A DNA stretch of 58,988 bases from Azolla caroliniana (Eukaryota; Plantae; Polypodiophyta), in the NCBI GenBank assembly GCA_043228905.1, contig JBHGNT010000181.1:1-58988 (forward strand), read 5' to 3'. Of the stretch, positions 34,673 to 46,630 are shown piece by piece (the stretch's first letter is position 1; every line of letters starts with the position of its first letter). The position numbers were made by a program, and so were the translations under genes. The notes under the pieces are model-generated. The model did not search any database and had not been told where the DNA came from. It saw only the letters and a program-made list of their open reading frames with translations.

Positions 34673-37005
34673 CTATTCTTCGTCCAAAATATCCAAAATG
34701 CTTTGTTTGAGAGTCTCCAATGGTTCATCTGGAATTGGTTGTTGTTGTTGTTGTGGTTGCTGCTCTGTTGATGGCTGCTACGACGGGTCCTTTGATGGCT
34801 GTTGCGGCTGCTCCTCTGTTTGTTGCTTTGACACCGGCGTCTGATGGCCATGCCCGAAGGATGCACTGAATCCAACCCGTTCCCAATTGCAATTTGATCT
34901 CTGCCGCTTGCCATTCCTCCTTCAATTGCGTCATGCTCATAATTCGTCAATTGCCTTTGATATGTGCTTTGTAATTTTTGCAATACCGTTGACGTTCTCT
35001 CCTTTTCTTCCTGTTGCTGCCTCTGGAGCTCCATCCAGACCTTCTCCGCCTCGTCCAACCGTCTTGTATTTTCCGCTCGTTCGTCGGCAAGCGTCATCAC
35101 CGCCTGATCAACTTCCTGCTGGATCTCGGCCACCCGTTCCTTATGCTCCGTTTCCAGCCATTAGTAGTACTGGTGCAGGTGCTCAAAATCATCTGTCTTT
35201 TGTTTGAGTCGTGCGTTGATCTGTCGACGGGCCCGGTCCTCGCGGTCCTTCTACTGACGGAGGTCTTCCTTTAGCCGTTCAATTTCCGTTTCCGCCATCT
35301 TCCGCAGCTTGTCCTTTTCCTGCAGCACTTTGTCTTTTTCCTCCCTTATCCGGTCGTACGCTTGATGGCCTTTCCGAAGGCTCTCCTCTGCCCGGCGAAG
35401 GTTCTCAGCAGTCTTCTTTAATTTTGCTTCGGCCGTTGTCTTCAATTCCCGTTCCCAGCTCCTTAGCGCTTCTTGTGCGGCAAGTTCATCTCTCAATTCC
35501 GCAAGCTCCTGGGCTTGCGCCGCATCCCTCTCTGGAATGGTTTCTTATCAGTATGTACAGGTTGGTCAGGTTCTTTATTCTGTACACTTACCGGAGTCAC
35601 CGGTGATTGGATCTGTGTTGCCGTTAAGGCCATTTTGGCCATTTCTGTCGTGACCTGATCCAAGTCTTTTTCAAGGCACTAGATTCTGGACCAGGCTGTC
35701 TCTAGTTGTTTGGTTGTGACGAGCAACCGTTCGCTTTGCGCTCTTTCTTCCGCCTCAATATTCCCCACTACTCCGGCAATCTATTCGCCTATCCACCGGA
35801 GCCACAGGCTACCGGTGCATTGTTGTTGTGCTTGCACAGAGGTTTGACAGATGGGCTCGCTTGTAGATGGGTGGTCCCGCCTGATTGCGCCGAGTTGCAA
35901 TTCTGTTTCTGCCCGTGGACCACCCTGCTGTCCTGGTTCCCCTTGCGCTTCTTCTTGGTTCAGGCCGAGGGAGGCTGTATTGACCTTTCCAGCTCTGGTG
36001 GAATGGGACTTGCCGGTGCTGTCGGTGGTACAAAGGCTTCTGATTCCGCTGCCATGCGCACCGGTTCCGGTTCCTCCCTTGGCGTGGGAGTCTCAGTATG
36101 GGGAGCCGGTTTTCCCTCCGTCTGAGGGTCCGAACGTTTCCCGGCTGCCTCAACGGTCCTTGCCGACGACCGTCGCTGGAGGTGCTCCGTAGGCTCCTCC
36201 TCTATTTCCTCTTCCTGAGTCCCGGCATTGAGTTTTGCCGCCAAGGGGTCCGCTTCTCTATTCACCGGTCGGCGGAGTGTAACCTTTACGGACCGTACCA
36301 GTGGTTCCTTCTGCGCATCCGTTGGCCGCTTCCGGCTGGCGCTCTCCTTTCCTGCCTGTTCTGCGTCCGCCGCCTTCCCCTTAGTGGCCTTAGAGGCCAA
36401 CAGCTGTTGTCTTTTGGAAGCCGTATTTGGGGTGCCATCCGCCACTCTTCCCCGCTTCTTGGGTTGGACGGGTGGCACAAGCAAGGTGAGCCATTGCGTT
36501 ACTGCATGCCATATCCTCTGTCCTTCTCGGCCTTCTTTGCCGTCTTTTCCTCTAACGATCTCGATCGCCACACACAAACCGTCTGCGATCAATACCGGCC
36601 AATCCACCTTGATCCCTTCATACGTGGTGATGATCATCCTTGCCCGGTTCTGCGGCATGACGGGGGGTTTGGGGTACACATGGCCGTATTCGTGGAGCAC
36701 ACGGGCAATCTCGCAGAACAACATATCTCCGCCGCCCTGTGTCCGGTAGCCCTTGCTGGCTAGGGAGTACTCACCAAAATACTTGATGAGTTGCTCTGAG
36801 GTCGGATTGTCGATCGTGAATATGCCTCCCTCTGGAGGCTTGTTAACGCACGAATCGCCTCATCCGTTATGACCTCTGTGTCGATTTCTTTGATCACCTT
36901 GTCGGCTTCTTTGTGTGGCGGTACCTCCATAATCATCAAGAAGCCCTCGAGCTCGTGTTGCTTTAGCCATTTCTTGGCAGCTTCCGACAACGTTTGCGGG
37001 TCCAT
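34673..37005 (-). pseudogene. A2 accessory ORF (PMD-like domain plus coiled coil)
   Basis: Starts MDPQTLSEAAKKWLKQHELEGFL. Frameshifted pieces include 35960-36724 and 35251-35496. Stop TAG after DILDEE. Confidence 0.75.
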
Positions 37006-37314
37006 GTCTGTGTTGAGGTAAGATTGTGGTGGCGAGGTTGGCTGGTAATGAGAGTGAGATTGAGAGAGAGAGAGTTCAGAAAGCGGGGGTTCTCTGTGCG
37101 TAGGTTCTCGTCTGATGATCTTCCAGCGCCTTGGTGCTTCTGTGCTCCTGGGTTCGCGAAAGTAGAGGGTCTCCACGCGCAGTGGTTTTTCTTTGTGCAT
37201 TCTGGTGCCTTTTTCGAGTGTGTGCACGTCATGTACTAAAATAGCATTATGTCCTGTGGTGGTGCTTAAATGCCCACTACGTACCTTTTTGCTCCTAGCT
37301 CTTTTGTCCGTGTT

Positions 37315-37582
37315 GTAGGTTTTAGAGTTAGGGTTAGGGTTAAGGATGATGATGGTTAACGATGACAAAGATAGACATGGTGAAATAGCAAAGATGATGA
37401 AGAGAATGATGGTGAGAGAGATTAACATGAAGATGTTGAGAATTATTGAGAAGCATTGCGGGGTAAGGATGACATTGACGAGCATTGCGGGGTTTGGCTC
37501 CACCCCCCTCCCAAGGGGGTTCAACGTTGAGGGGGAGAGAGAGAGAGAGAGAGAGAGAGATAAAAAGAGAGATAGAGAGAAA
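37315..37582. mobile_element. ~270-bp short insertion with TTAGGG-like repeats at one end and (GA)n at the other
   Basis: Absent from A1 and A3 at this site and flanked by TGTT on both sides. Shares ccaagggggttcaa plus a GA tract with 4885-4963 in reverse orientation. Confidence 0.45.
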
Positions 37583-38514
37583 TGTTCATTCATTCCTCGC
37601 TTTTGCATGATTACTTCGCTTTTTTAAGATTGCTTAAAGTGTGCGGCACTTCATCGAGGGTTGTTTGGGGTGGACTCAAGTTTAGATCTTATTTGTATGT
37701 CTAAACATAAGTAGTGATATAGTTTTAGAAGAATAGAAAAGTGAGGGCGTGGATGGGGGTTAGGGGAGTGTAGCTTGTTGAAATTATCAAAAGTATTTAA
37801 ACCTAATCAAAGTTTTTAGAATATATTAAAGATCATTGGGATAACTTAAGTTATTAGACAACAATAACGTACTATTAAAATACCAATATAGAGTATTATT
37901 AAAACGGGACCACACGCTTAGATGAACGGGAGTTGTTTAAACACACGCTTAAGCAAACACTTAAAAGAAAGATTATTATAAAAAATAAGAATAAAAATAA
38001 AAATAGAAAAGAGAGATTGAGATTAAAAAATGATTATGGTTAAGAAGGGATTATGATTAAGGGGGAAGGGGTTGCTAAACAAAGTACTTAAACGAATGTT
38101 TAAACAAATATTTAGATAAGAAAACACTTGGGCAGACACTTAACGCAAGGTTAGGATTAAAAGAGAAGGGAGGGATTATGGTTAAAGAAAAGGGGTCATG
38201 GTTGAGAAGAGAATGATTATGATTAAGAGAGGAGAATACTTAAACAAATGTTTAAACAAAAAGTTAAACCTAAAAATGATTGAACAAGTACTTAAAAAAA
38301 GGGGTTAAACAAGTACGTAATAAAAATGTTTATTAAACAAGTACTTAATAGAAAATGATTAAATAAATGCTTAAAAACTTAAGACAAAAAAAAAAAAATG
38401 ATTAAACAAGTACTTAATAAAAATTTATTAAATAAGTACTTAAGAACTTAAGACAAAAAATTAGATAAGAGCAACACATAGAAGGAAAGAAAGTTTTACT
38501 ATCATAAGGCAACG

Positions 38515-38560
38515 ATCGGCAAATGCATTTCGCCTCGATGGAGGCTCTTCAGTGCCCGAT
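38515..38560 (-). ncRNA. Minimal type I hammerhead ribozyme
   Basis: Minus strand reads ATCGGGCA-CTGAAGA-GCCTC(CATC)GAGGC-GAAA-TGCA-TT-TGCCGAT. This gives CUGANGA and GAAA cores, stem II, a palindromic stem III, and stem I with one bulge. Confidence 0.8.
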
Positions 38561-38729
38561 GTACAAATGATGAAAACTAAGCCTACTAGGTTGCTCTTTT
38601 TATAGGGAGAGGGAGGAGAGTCCTTTGTATGTGGGACATACAAAAGTGTGTACAAAGGGAAGGTAAAAGAGTGTACACAAGACTTTAGGTGGGGGTTAAG
38701 AGGGGTGAGAGTACATAAAACATTAGGTG

Positions 38730-40456
38730 GGGGGAAAGGATGCGTGTACTAGGTGGTTTCTTAGTTTTTTACCATTTAGCCAACACGTGAGAGGGGGTGT
38801 AAGGGAACTGTATTGTGGTTGTCCTAGAAGGGGTTTAAGTTTGTTTCTCACGAGCGCTCCGATTTAGAGTTTTTTGATACATGGGGAGTATCGAAGCTTA
38901 AAAACAATGGGTGGAGGTTTTTTGTTGTTGGGTTGGTTAGAGAGTAGTTGGTTTCGTATGGAGTAGGGGACGGTCGAAAAACACTTGAGTAGGAACTTCG
39001 ATGGGTAGCCCCTAGCTCTTAGGCGGTCGTAGAACTTTTTGCGTAGTTCCATGTAGCCATTTTCCGACCTCTCCCGGATAGCATACCGTTTTAGTTCGCC
39101 CGTGATGAAGCCCTTTTTGTGTGCTATGGGGTGCGAGGATTTCCGCGGGAGGTACATGTAGGCATTGAGAGGTTTTTGGTGGCATGTGGTGTCGAGGATG
39201 CCGAATTCTTTAAAGTATGGGCCTTTGAAGAAGACGACGTCCAGGATGGTGATCTCTTTAGGGGAGGTTGTTGATTCAATACGGATGTGTTGTTGTAGAG
39301 GCACGCCGTATTGGTGTAAGAAGGTGTGAAGTGTATCAGGGGAACCTTCCCAAACTCCTATGGCATCATCGATGTAGCGTTTGTAGTAGAGTAGTTGCGG
39401 TGTTTGGAAAGCTAGGTTGTCGTCCTCTAGTTGCGAAAGAAACAAGCAAGCGTAAACAACCGCAAAATTACTACCCATCGCGGTGCCTTTAATTTGTAAC
39501 CAAAAAGCATTATTAAAGGAGAGAAAATTGTTTCTAAGTATTAGTTCGGCAACACTCATAATGATTTTGGTTTTGTGTGGTGGGAAATGATGTGAAATAG
39601 ATTTTTTAAAAACCAATAGACCTTCCGTGGTAGGTATACTGGGATATAGTGACACTACGTCAAAAGAAAACAACGTGCAAGTTTTGGGGAAGGTGTGGTG
39701 TGCTAGGTCCTTAACAAGTGTTAAGGAGTCTTTGAGGTGTTGTTTTTTAGACAATAAGACAGGATGTAGTAGATGGTGTAGCCATTTAGAGGCTCTTTCG
39801 AAAACATAATTGTTGTAGGCGCAAATAGGGCGTCCTACAACAATGGGCTTGTGGATTTTGGGGATGATGTAGAAACGACATATCCTGAAACCATGTTTGG
39901 GTTTCTGAAGGAGGAATCTAATTTCCTCATTGGAGAGGTGGGGGGAAGCTTTCAGACATAGGTGTTCAAGTCGACTGTGGAGAGTTTCTAGGGGGACGTC
40001 TTTGACGGGGGTGTAAGTGTTTTTGTCGTTGAGCTGTCTAAGGCATTCGTTAAGGTACCAATCCTTAGAGAGAATGCACGTGCCTAGATTTTTATCCGCG
40101 GGTTTAATAACTATGTCTTGATTTTTTTTGAGATTATGTAGTGCAGTTCTAAAGTTCCTATGAGGGCGAGGTTGGATGGTGGGTGGGGAGGGGAGGGCAG
40201 AGGTGATAGATGTGATGGTTTGTGTGATTTCTGGCACGGCTGGGGGATTCCAACTGGGGTTCGGTATTCTAAATGGAGAGATAATGTTAGTAGAGTTTCT
40301 AAAGAAATATTTGAGGCGGTAAGTTCTATCCAAGGATACAACGGCATCTATCAATTGTTGTTTTCTAATAGGTTGGGGTGGGGGAATAAAGTCTAGACCT
40401 AAGCTTAGAAGTTTGAGTTGGGGTGGAGGAAGGTGGAAAGAGGAAAGGTTGTGCAA
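38730..40456 (-). CDS. Penelope-type reverse transcriptase without GIY-YIG domain
   Basis: Motifs IKPADKNLG, FYIIPKIHK..GRPI, FDVVSLYPSIP, QIKGTAMGS, RYIDD and HP..HKKG. After a frameshift near 38864 the tail reads PLTCWLNGKN.RNHLV, with no GIY-YIG motif. Confidence 0.88.
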
Positions 40457-40524
40457 TGAGTGATTAGTGATCCTATTCTCGAGCTGGGAGGGTGTTTGCC
40501 TTCCCAGTAAAATGTGGAGGTAGG

Positions 40525-41406
40525 TTAACGGTTGAAGAAGCGGGAGCCAATGTAATTTTCTAAGTCTACCCCTACGTATTTTCTTGGTAGAGGATTTAGT
40601 TTCGGTCCCGTGGTGCGTGTGTTGGGTGCGCCTTGCGGGACTGGGGGCCGGGGATGAGGAGTAGGTCGTTTGACTGTGGGCCGGGGGTAAGGCGTGGGTC
40701 GTGAAATTGGGGGTCGAGGGACTGGGGGTTGAAGGACTGGGGGTCGAGGAACTGAGGGTCGAGGATAGGACCGTGTGGTGGGTTTGAAGGTCTCGAAGTG
40801 AGACATTGATTGTTTCATAGGTGGGGGTAGGGGGGTAGGTGGTGGTACATTCATCGGGACAAATATAGGGTACGTGGGGGGTATGGGATGTGTGGGTGGT
40901 ACGGGATAAGCATAGCTTTGTCCATAACTTGGGATAAAGGACTGGGTCCCTAAGAAGGAGGTGGGGGCAGTGGGGGATGAATTTGATGCTTTGTGTGTCC
41001 TTGTGCCCCCGTTTTTTGTCGGGGGCATAGCCGTGTTTTTTGGATGTGTGTTGGGGTTTTCCTTATTAATTTTCTCTAGGAACGGTTTAAGGTAATTGTC
41101 TACTTGATTCTTGATCTTTTTTAGTCCATCATCTATTAGAGTATTTATTGATTTTTCTTTGCCCATCGTCATGGATTTCGAGACGATGGCGTCCTGGGTT
41201 GATTTATTAGCCACTTTAGTTTTAGCTTCTAAGGAAATTTGTATGCTAAATTCTAAGGTGGCTTGCTCTAGGTGGCTATTAAATTTAGCAAAAGTTTCAT
41301 TTTTCCAGTGTTGGAGTTTTTCCTCCCATTGGTGTGATGTGACAAGGTTGTGCAATGGGATATCCAAGAGCATTGATACAATGTCTTGGAGTCTTTGCTC
41401 AACCGT
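40525..41406 (-). CDS. PLE ORF1 (helical N-part, Pro/Arg-rich C-part), 5'-truncated
   Basis: 282-aa ORF directly upstream of RT on the same strand, with PVPRPP repeats. Confidence 0.7.
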   Translation of the reverse strand, partial: TVEQRLQDIVSMLLDIPLHNLVTSHQWEEKLQHWKNETFAKFNSHLEQATLEFSIQISLEAKTKVANKSTQDAIVSKSMTMGKEKSINTLIDDGLKKIKNQVDNYLKPFLEKINKENPNTHPKNTAMPPTKNGGTRTHKASNSSPTAPTSFLGTQSFIPSYGQSYAYPVPPTHPIPPTYPIFVPMNVPPPTPLPPPMKQSMSHFETFKPTTRSYPRPSVPRPPVLQPPVPRPPISRPTPYPRPTVKRPTPHPRPPVPQGAPNTRTTGPKLNPLPRKYVGVDLENYIGSRFFNR

Positions 41407-41469
41407 AAACCCTAAACCCTGATTACTTCGCTTTTTTTTTTTTTTGATAAATTTTAATGTGGTGTGAGG

Positions 41470-44400
41470 TTAGTTGTCTGTTGGTCCTATCGAACCCTTA
41501 CCGGCCTCATTACGGTTTGCCGTCGCCTCATTCTCCCCTGTTACCGGCTTGCCGTCTCCTCCGTCTTGGTGGTTGCCGTTCCCCTCACAGGTTGCCGTTT
41601 CCTCACCAGTATCGGTCCTTTGCTCAAATGGGTTCTTAGGCATCGGTCCTCTATATGGCTTCAATCGGAATCCGTTGACCCATTTGCCTAGCACTTCACC
41701 GGCAAGTGTCCCTAACTGGTAGGACCCATTATACTCACGTGTCAGCCAATACGGGCCAGTCCATCTAAATCGTAGTTTTCCCAGCATCTTGCCCATCCAG
41801 GTCTGAAATACTAACACCGGTTTGCCGATTGCGAACATTTTTTCATTTCCTTTCTTGTGCCGGTCGACAAATGCTTTCCGTCGCCATTGTTCCAATTCTA
41901 AGTGCAGGATGCTTGCCAGTCGTTGTTCCTTGAGTTCACACAACGTTGTTAACCGTATTGCCTCCGACTCCTTCTCGTTCAGTCGTTCCCGTAGCTGGAT
42001 CCGTAAGCTAGGTACTTGGAATTCCACCGGCATTACCGCCTCTAGTCCGAACGCTAACCGAAACGGTGTTGTTCAGATGCTCGTTTTATATGGCGTCCGG
42101 TATGCCCAAAGCGCGCTATGTAGCTTGGTATCCCAATCCTTTCGGTTTTCGTTGACGATCTTCCGGAGGATATTCTGGAGCGTTTTGTTCGTCGATTCAG
42201 CTAACCCGTTTGCTTGCGGATAGTATGGTGTGCTCCATTTATGGACAACGGCATAGAATGTTGTCAGGCTTTCAACTACTTGGCCGAGAAAGTGCCCCCC
42301 TTGGTCGCTTATTAATTCGATTGGGCATCCGTAACGGCACCAGATGTATTCGTATAGAAATTTTGCCGTTGACGCAGCGATGTTGTCTCTTAAGGCTTTG
42401 GCCTCCACCCATTTCGTACAGTAATCCGTCGCGACGATGACGTGCCGATTACCTGTTCTCATTGCCGGTGGTTTGAACGGCCCAATAAAGTCTAGCCCCC
42501 ACTTCTAGAATGGTTCGAGTGGTAGTATAGGCTGGTGTGGCATCCGAGCCTACTCCGTTGGCTGGCCCATTCGTTGGCATAGGTCACATTCTTTTGCGTA
42601 CCGTGCAACATCTCTTAATGTAGTTGGCCACCATAGGCCACTTTGCCATATTTTCCTGGCCGTCGCATCTCCGGCATAGTGACCTCCGGCAACTCCGCAG
42701 TGGGCTTCCCTCAGTATGAGGTCGTTTTGATCGTTGCGCACAGCCCGTCTCCATATGCCGTCCGCGCCCTTGTGGTAAAGTGTGTCTCGCAGTAAGCAGA
42801 AATGTCGGCTTTGCACTGCCAGGCGTTTCCTTTCGTCCCGGTTCATCTCTTCCGGAGGCAGTCCTGTGCTCAAAAACTGGTGCATATTTTTGAGCCACTT
42901 GTCTTCCTGTGCCACCGTCTCATCTGCTACCGTTTCCGTAGTGACTCAAAACAGCTCTGCATCCGGAAACTCGTCCGCTACTCCGTCACCCGTCTCTCCG
43001 GACTCTAATCGGCTTAAATAATCCGCTACGGCGTGCTGTATACTGGGTCGGTGGAATATTTCGAACTCGAATTCCTGTAATAGTAAGGTCCACCGGGCCA
43101 ACTTACCGGTGAGTGACGCCTTGGACACCAGGTAGAGGAGTGCCGAATGATCTACATGGAAGGAAAACTTCCTTCCCAATAAATAATGTCGAAACTTTGT
43201 CACGCTGTAAATCATCCCTAGAGCTTCCCGTTCCGTGGTAGAGTAGTTCCGTTCCGCTTGGGATAGCTTTCAGCTGGCATAGTACACTGGCCAGTACCAC
43301 TTTGGCTCCGTAAGCTGCATCAGTACGCTTCCGATTGCGATGTCGGAGGCGTCCACGAACACATGAAATTCTTTACTCCAATCCGGGGGCTGCACTACCG
43401 GTGCTTGCGACAATAGTACCTTGAGGGCCCTATACGCCCTATCCTCAGTGTTGGTCCACTAGAATGGTGTCCGATGTACGGTGGCATGCAACGGTGTAGC
43501 CAGGTCGGCCAAGTATCGAAGCATCCGGCTGTGCCACCGAATCTGTCCTAAGAACCGGCTCAATGCCTTTGCCATTGCCGGCGCCGGTGCTTCTAATATG
43601 GCTTTCACTTTGTCCGGGTCGGCTGCAATACCTTCCTGGCTCACAATATGTCCTAATAAGGTTCCACTGAACACGCCAAATACACACTTTGCCGGATTCA
43701 AGCTTAGTCGGGGCCCGGTATGCTCTACACTTTTCTAAACAAAGACGGAGGTGCTGAAAATGGTCCTCCTCCCAGCTATAGACGGCGAAATCGTCAAGGA
43801 AAACCTGCATAAAAGCCAAGATATATTCACCAAAGATTTCCATGATGATTCGTTGAAATGTTGCCGGTGCCATTTTGAGTCCGAACATCATCACCACAAC
43901 CACAAACACCCCCCATTCGGTGACGAAAGCCCTTTTCTCTTGGTCGTCGGGGTGCATCCGGATCTCATTATACCTACTGAATCCGTCTAGAAAGCTATAG
44001 ACCTCATGGCCGGCGACGGCATCCAACACTCCATCTGTGAACGGAAGTGGAAACGCATCCGTTACCATAGCCGCATTGAGTTTCCGGTAGTCCACACAAA
44101 CTCGAATTTTTCCGTTCTTCTTCGGTACGACTACGATCGGGCTCAACCATGTCGCTTTCTTTACTAGATAGATAAACCCCACTCTTAGCAGTTTGTCGAT
44201 TTCCTCCTTGACTTTGGCGGCATAATTGGGATTCATCTGGTACCATCTTTGTGCCACTGGTTTTGTGTCCTTGCTCAAGTGAATCTGATGTTGGTATAAC
44301 TGAGGGTCGAGTCCTCGCATGTCTTCGTATGACCAGGCGAACATGTCGCAAAATTCCGTGAGAAGGGTCATCATCGCCGTTTTGTCTTCAGACTTCATCT

Positions 44401-45484
44401 CCTTGGCGATGTGCACCGGTTTTGCTTCGTCTGTGGTCCCGAGGTTCACCTCTTCAAGTTGCGACACTTTTACGCGCTGTAAAACGGCCATTTCCCGGTC
44501 CAACGCTTCCTGCGCTTGTCGTAACTCTCGGATTGCGTCTTTATCCGGTTCTGCTTCAGTCTCTTCCAGCTGTGGTAAGTATGGTGCTACTTCTTCGGCA
44601 ACGTCAATTTCGAAGAGAGGTACGATGTTCGGGTTTTCTTGCAAGTACTGAGCTTCTTCCTCGTCAGCTAACCCTTCTAGCATGTTGACACACTCTACAT
44701 ACAACAGTGTACATTCCTTGTCAGTGCTCGTCCTTGGCTGTGTTAGTACCCGTACCTTGGCTTTTCCTCGCCGGAAGGTAATTATATTTTTCCTCCAATT
44801 CTGTTTGATATGTGCCGTTTTCAACCACGGCCGCCCCAGCAATAGCAGGTATGCGCCTTGTGCCTGTAATTGTTGCACTACTGCCGAGATGTGAAATGTA
44901 TGACCGCCAACGGTGACTTCCAATTTTCATACCAATCCTGTCGGCCACACTGAGCTTGTATCGGCCATCCGTAACGAGAACGGACACGGCTCCCACTCGT
45001 GGATTCCCAGGGCATCACACGTCCAGAGGCTTATTACATTCACACCGGAGCCTCCGTCTATAACTATGCCGGGGAGTTCTTTCCCTTTTACAATGGCAGT
45101 GATTACCAGACTGTTGGTTTCTACCACCGTTGGTCCCTCCTCCGGATTCGAGAAGAGTACCGGTGCCGGTGATGATTCTCCTACCGTCATGGCCATCTTC
45201 AGTCCTTCCGTGAATCTTGGCACGAGCTGTAGGAGTCTTCCTAGTGGCAGCATAATCTGGCATTCTTGCAATGCTAGCCATGTCTCGTTTTCGGAGTGAC
45301 TGCCGCCGACAAGCCCTACGGTATTCTCCTTTTGCCGTTGTAAATCTGTGACATTTTGCTCGTTTGCTTTTTTCACCCATTCCGTCGCTTGCTTCTGGAT
45401 GGTCTCCTGCGTCTCCCATTCCTTGGCCATGCCCTTCGACCTTGTGGTCACCTGCTGCAGATCTGCCACTTCAAGGACTACCAT
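41470..45484 (-). pseudogene. A2 pol (PR-RT-RH-IN)
   Basis: IVIDGGSGVN protease, YSFLDGF, FLDD, VDAS, H..GGH..C..C, SDQG and GPY motifs. Multiple stops and frameshifts. Confidence 0.92.
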
Positions 45485-46630
45485 ATTTACTACCGGTTGT
45501 TTGTCATAGCTCTTCGCCAGGCACTGATTACTATAATGGCCTTCCTGTCGGAAGTAGTAGCAGTAGGCTTTCCGGGTATTGCTGGATTCGGCATTGTCTG
45601 TTGTACCCGAGGCAAGTCTCGTGGTAAGCGCGGGGTTTTTGGTGTGTACGGGTTCTCGGAGCGCATTTAGGAATATAGTCCATAATTCCTCCTCCGGGGG
45701 TGCGCGGGCAAGCTAACTATGCATCCGTTGAAACCGGATGACAAACTGGGGAATGCTCTCCCCTGCCTCCTGTCGGATGGTATAAAATAAGCCCACCATT
45801 ACTGTCTGGTTCACCTCCTTTTGGAAAAAATGCAAGAATTTAGCTTTTAAATCTACGAAGGTGGTGATGGTAGGCGGGTCCTACGTCTGGCGCCATCTCA
45901 CTGCCGGTCCCTCCAATGTGACGCCAAATTCTGCTATCTTAGAGCGTTCGTCTTCTTCCGAGGTCAATCGTTAGGACACATGGTTTGCTTCCCATGTCTA
46001 TTCAAAGGCGTGAACATGAGCTTTCGCGTCCGGATCATCTCTATACTTGGAGTACTGGAACGGCTTGTCGTCGTCCGGTATCGGTGCGCGGGCTGGCGGT
46101 GTTGGTGGTCATTCCTGGTTTTTCTCCGGCATCGGTGGCCTTTCCTCTTCTTTTGGTGATAGAGGCCTCTCCTCCTCGACTTCCGGTGTCGGAGGTCTCT
46201 TTTTCTCTGCTGGTTCCGGAGGTTCCAGCCTTAGCAATTCCGGTTCCAGTGTCGGTAAGGTGTCTGATCCTTCATCCTCCGGTCCGCCCAGGGTTTCGTT
46301 GCTACTACGGTAGTTCGTGTGCACGTTGTATTCCCCTTCGGAATCCGATTCATATGTTGAAAAGGCTTCTGCTTCGCCTTCTCCGCTTGCCAACGCCTGG
46401 AGAAGGGATTCGGTTTCCCGGAGGCTGCTTAGGCTGCTGCCGTCGTCCAGGTGCGATGTTTGTTGTAACCAGAGGGACTCCTCTGCCACTCTCCGGATTA
46501 CGTTGGAAAACGAGCGATCTGCTCGAATTTCCTGTGCCGCTTGTTGGAAAGCGCCACGTCTCCTTTGCCTTTCGGCAAGGTGTCGAGTTCGATCTGTAAC
46601 CAGGTCGTGCGTTGATCTAGTCATCCATTC
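45485..46630 (-). pseudogene. A2 gag remnant (internally deleted) with acidic N-terminal region
   Basis: ORF 46109-46711 plus gag-like fragments (EFGVTLEGPAVRW, RQEAGESIPQFVIRFQR). Confidence 0.6.

Larger units (their letters stand above)
37626..41419 (-). mobile_element. Endonuclease-deficient Penelope-like retroelement, 5'-truncated
   Basis: 18-bp TSD TGATTACTTCGCTTTTTT (37608-37625 and 41420-41437). Contains ORF1, a PLE-type RT, and a 3' region with a TATA box and hammerhead. Confidence 0.88.

Noticed and set aside
36760-37608. 282-aa ORF with a hydrophobic segment, suggesting an env-like protein
   Set aside because: The hydrophobic part comes from the 270-bp insertion and (CT)n tract unique to this copy; A1 and A3 lack it.
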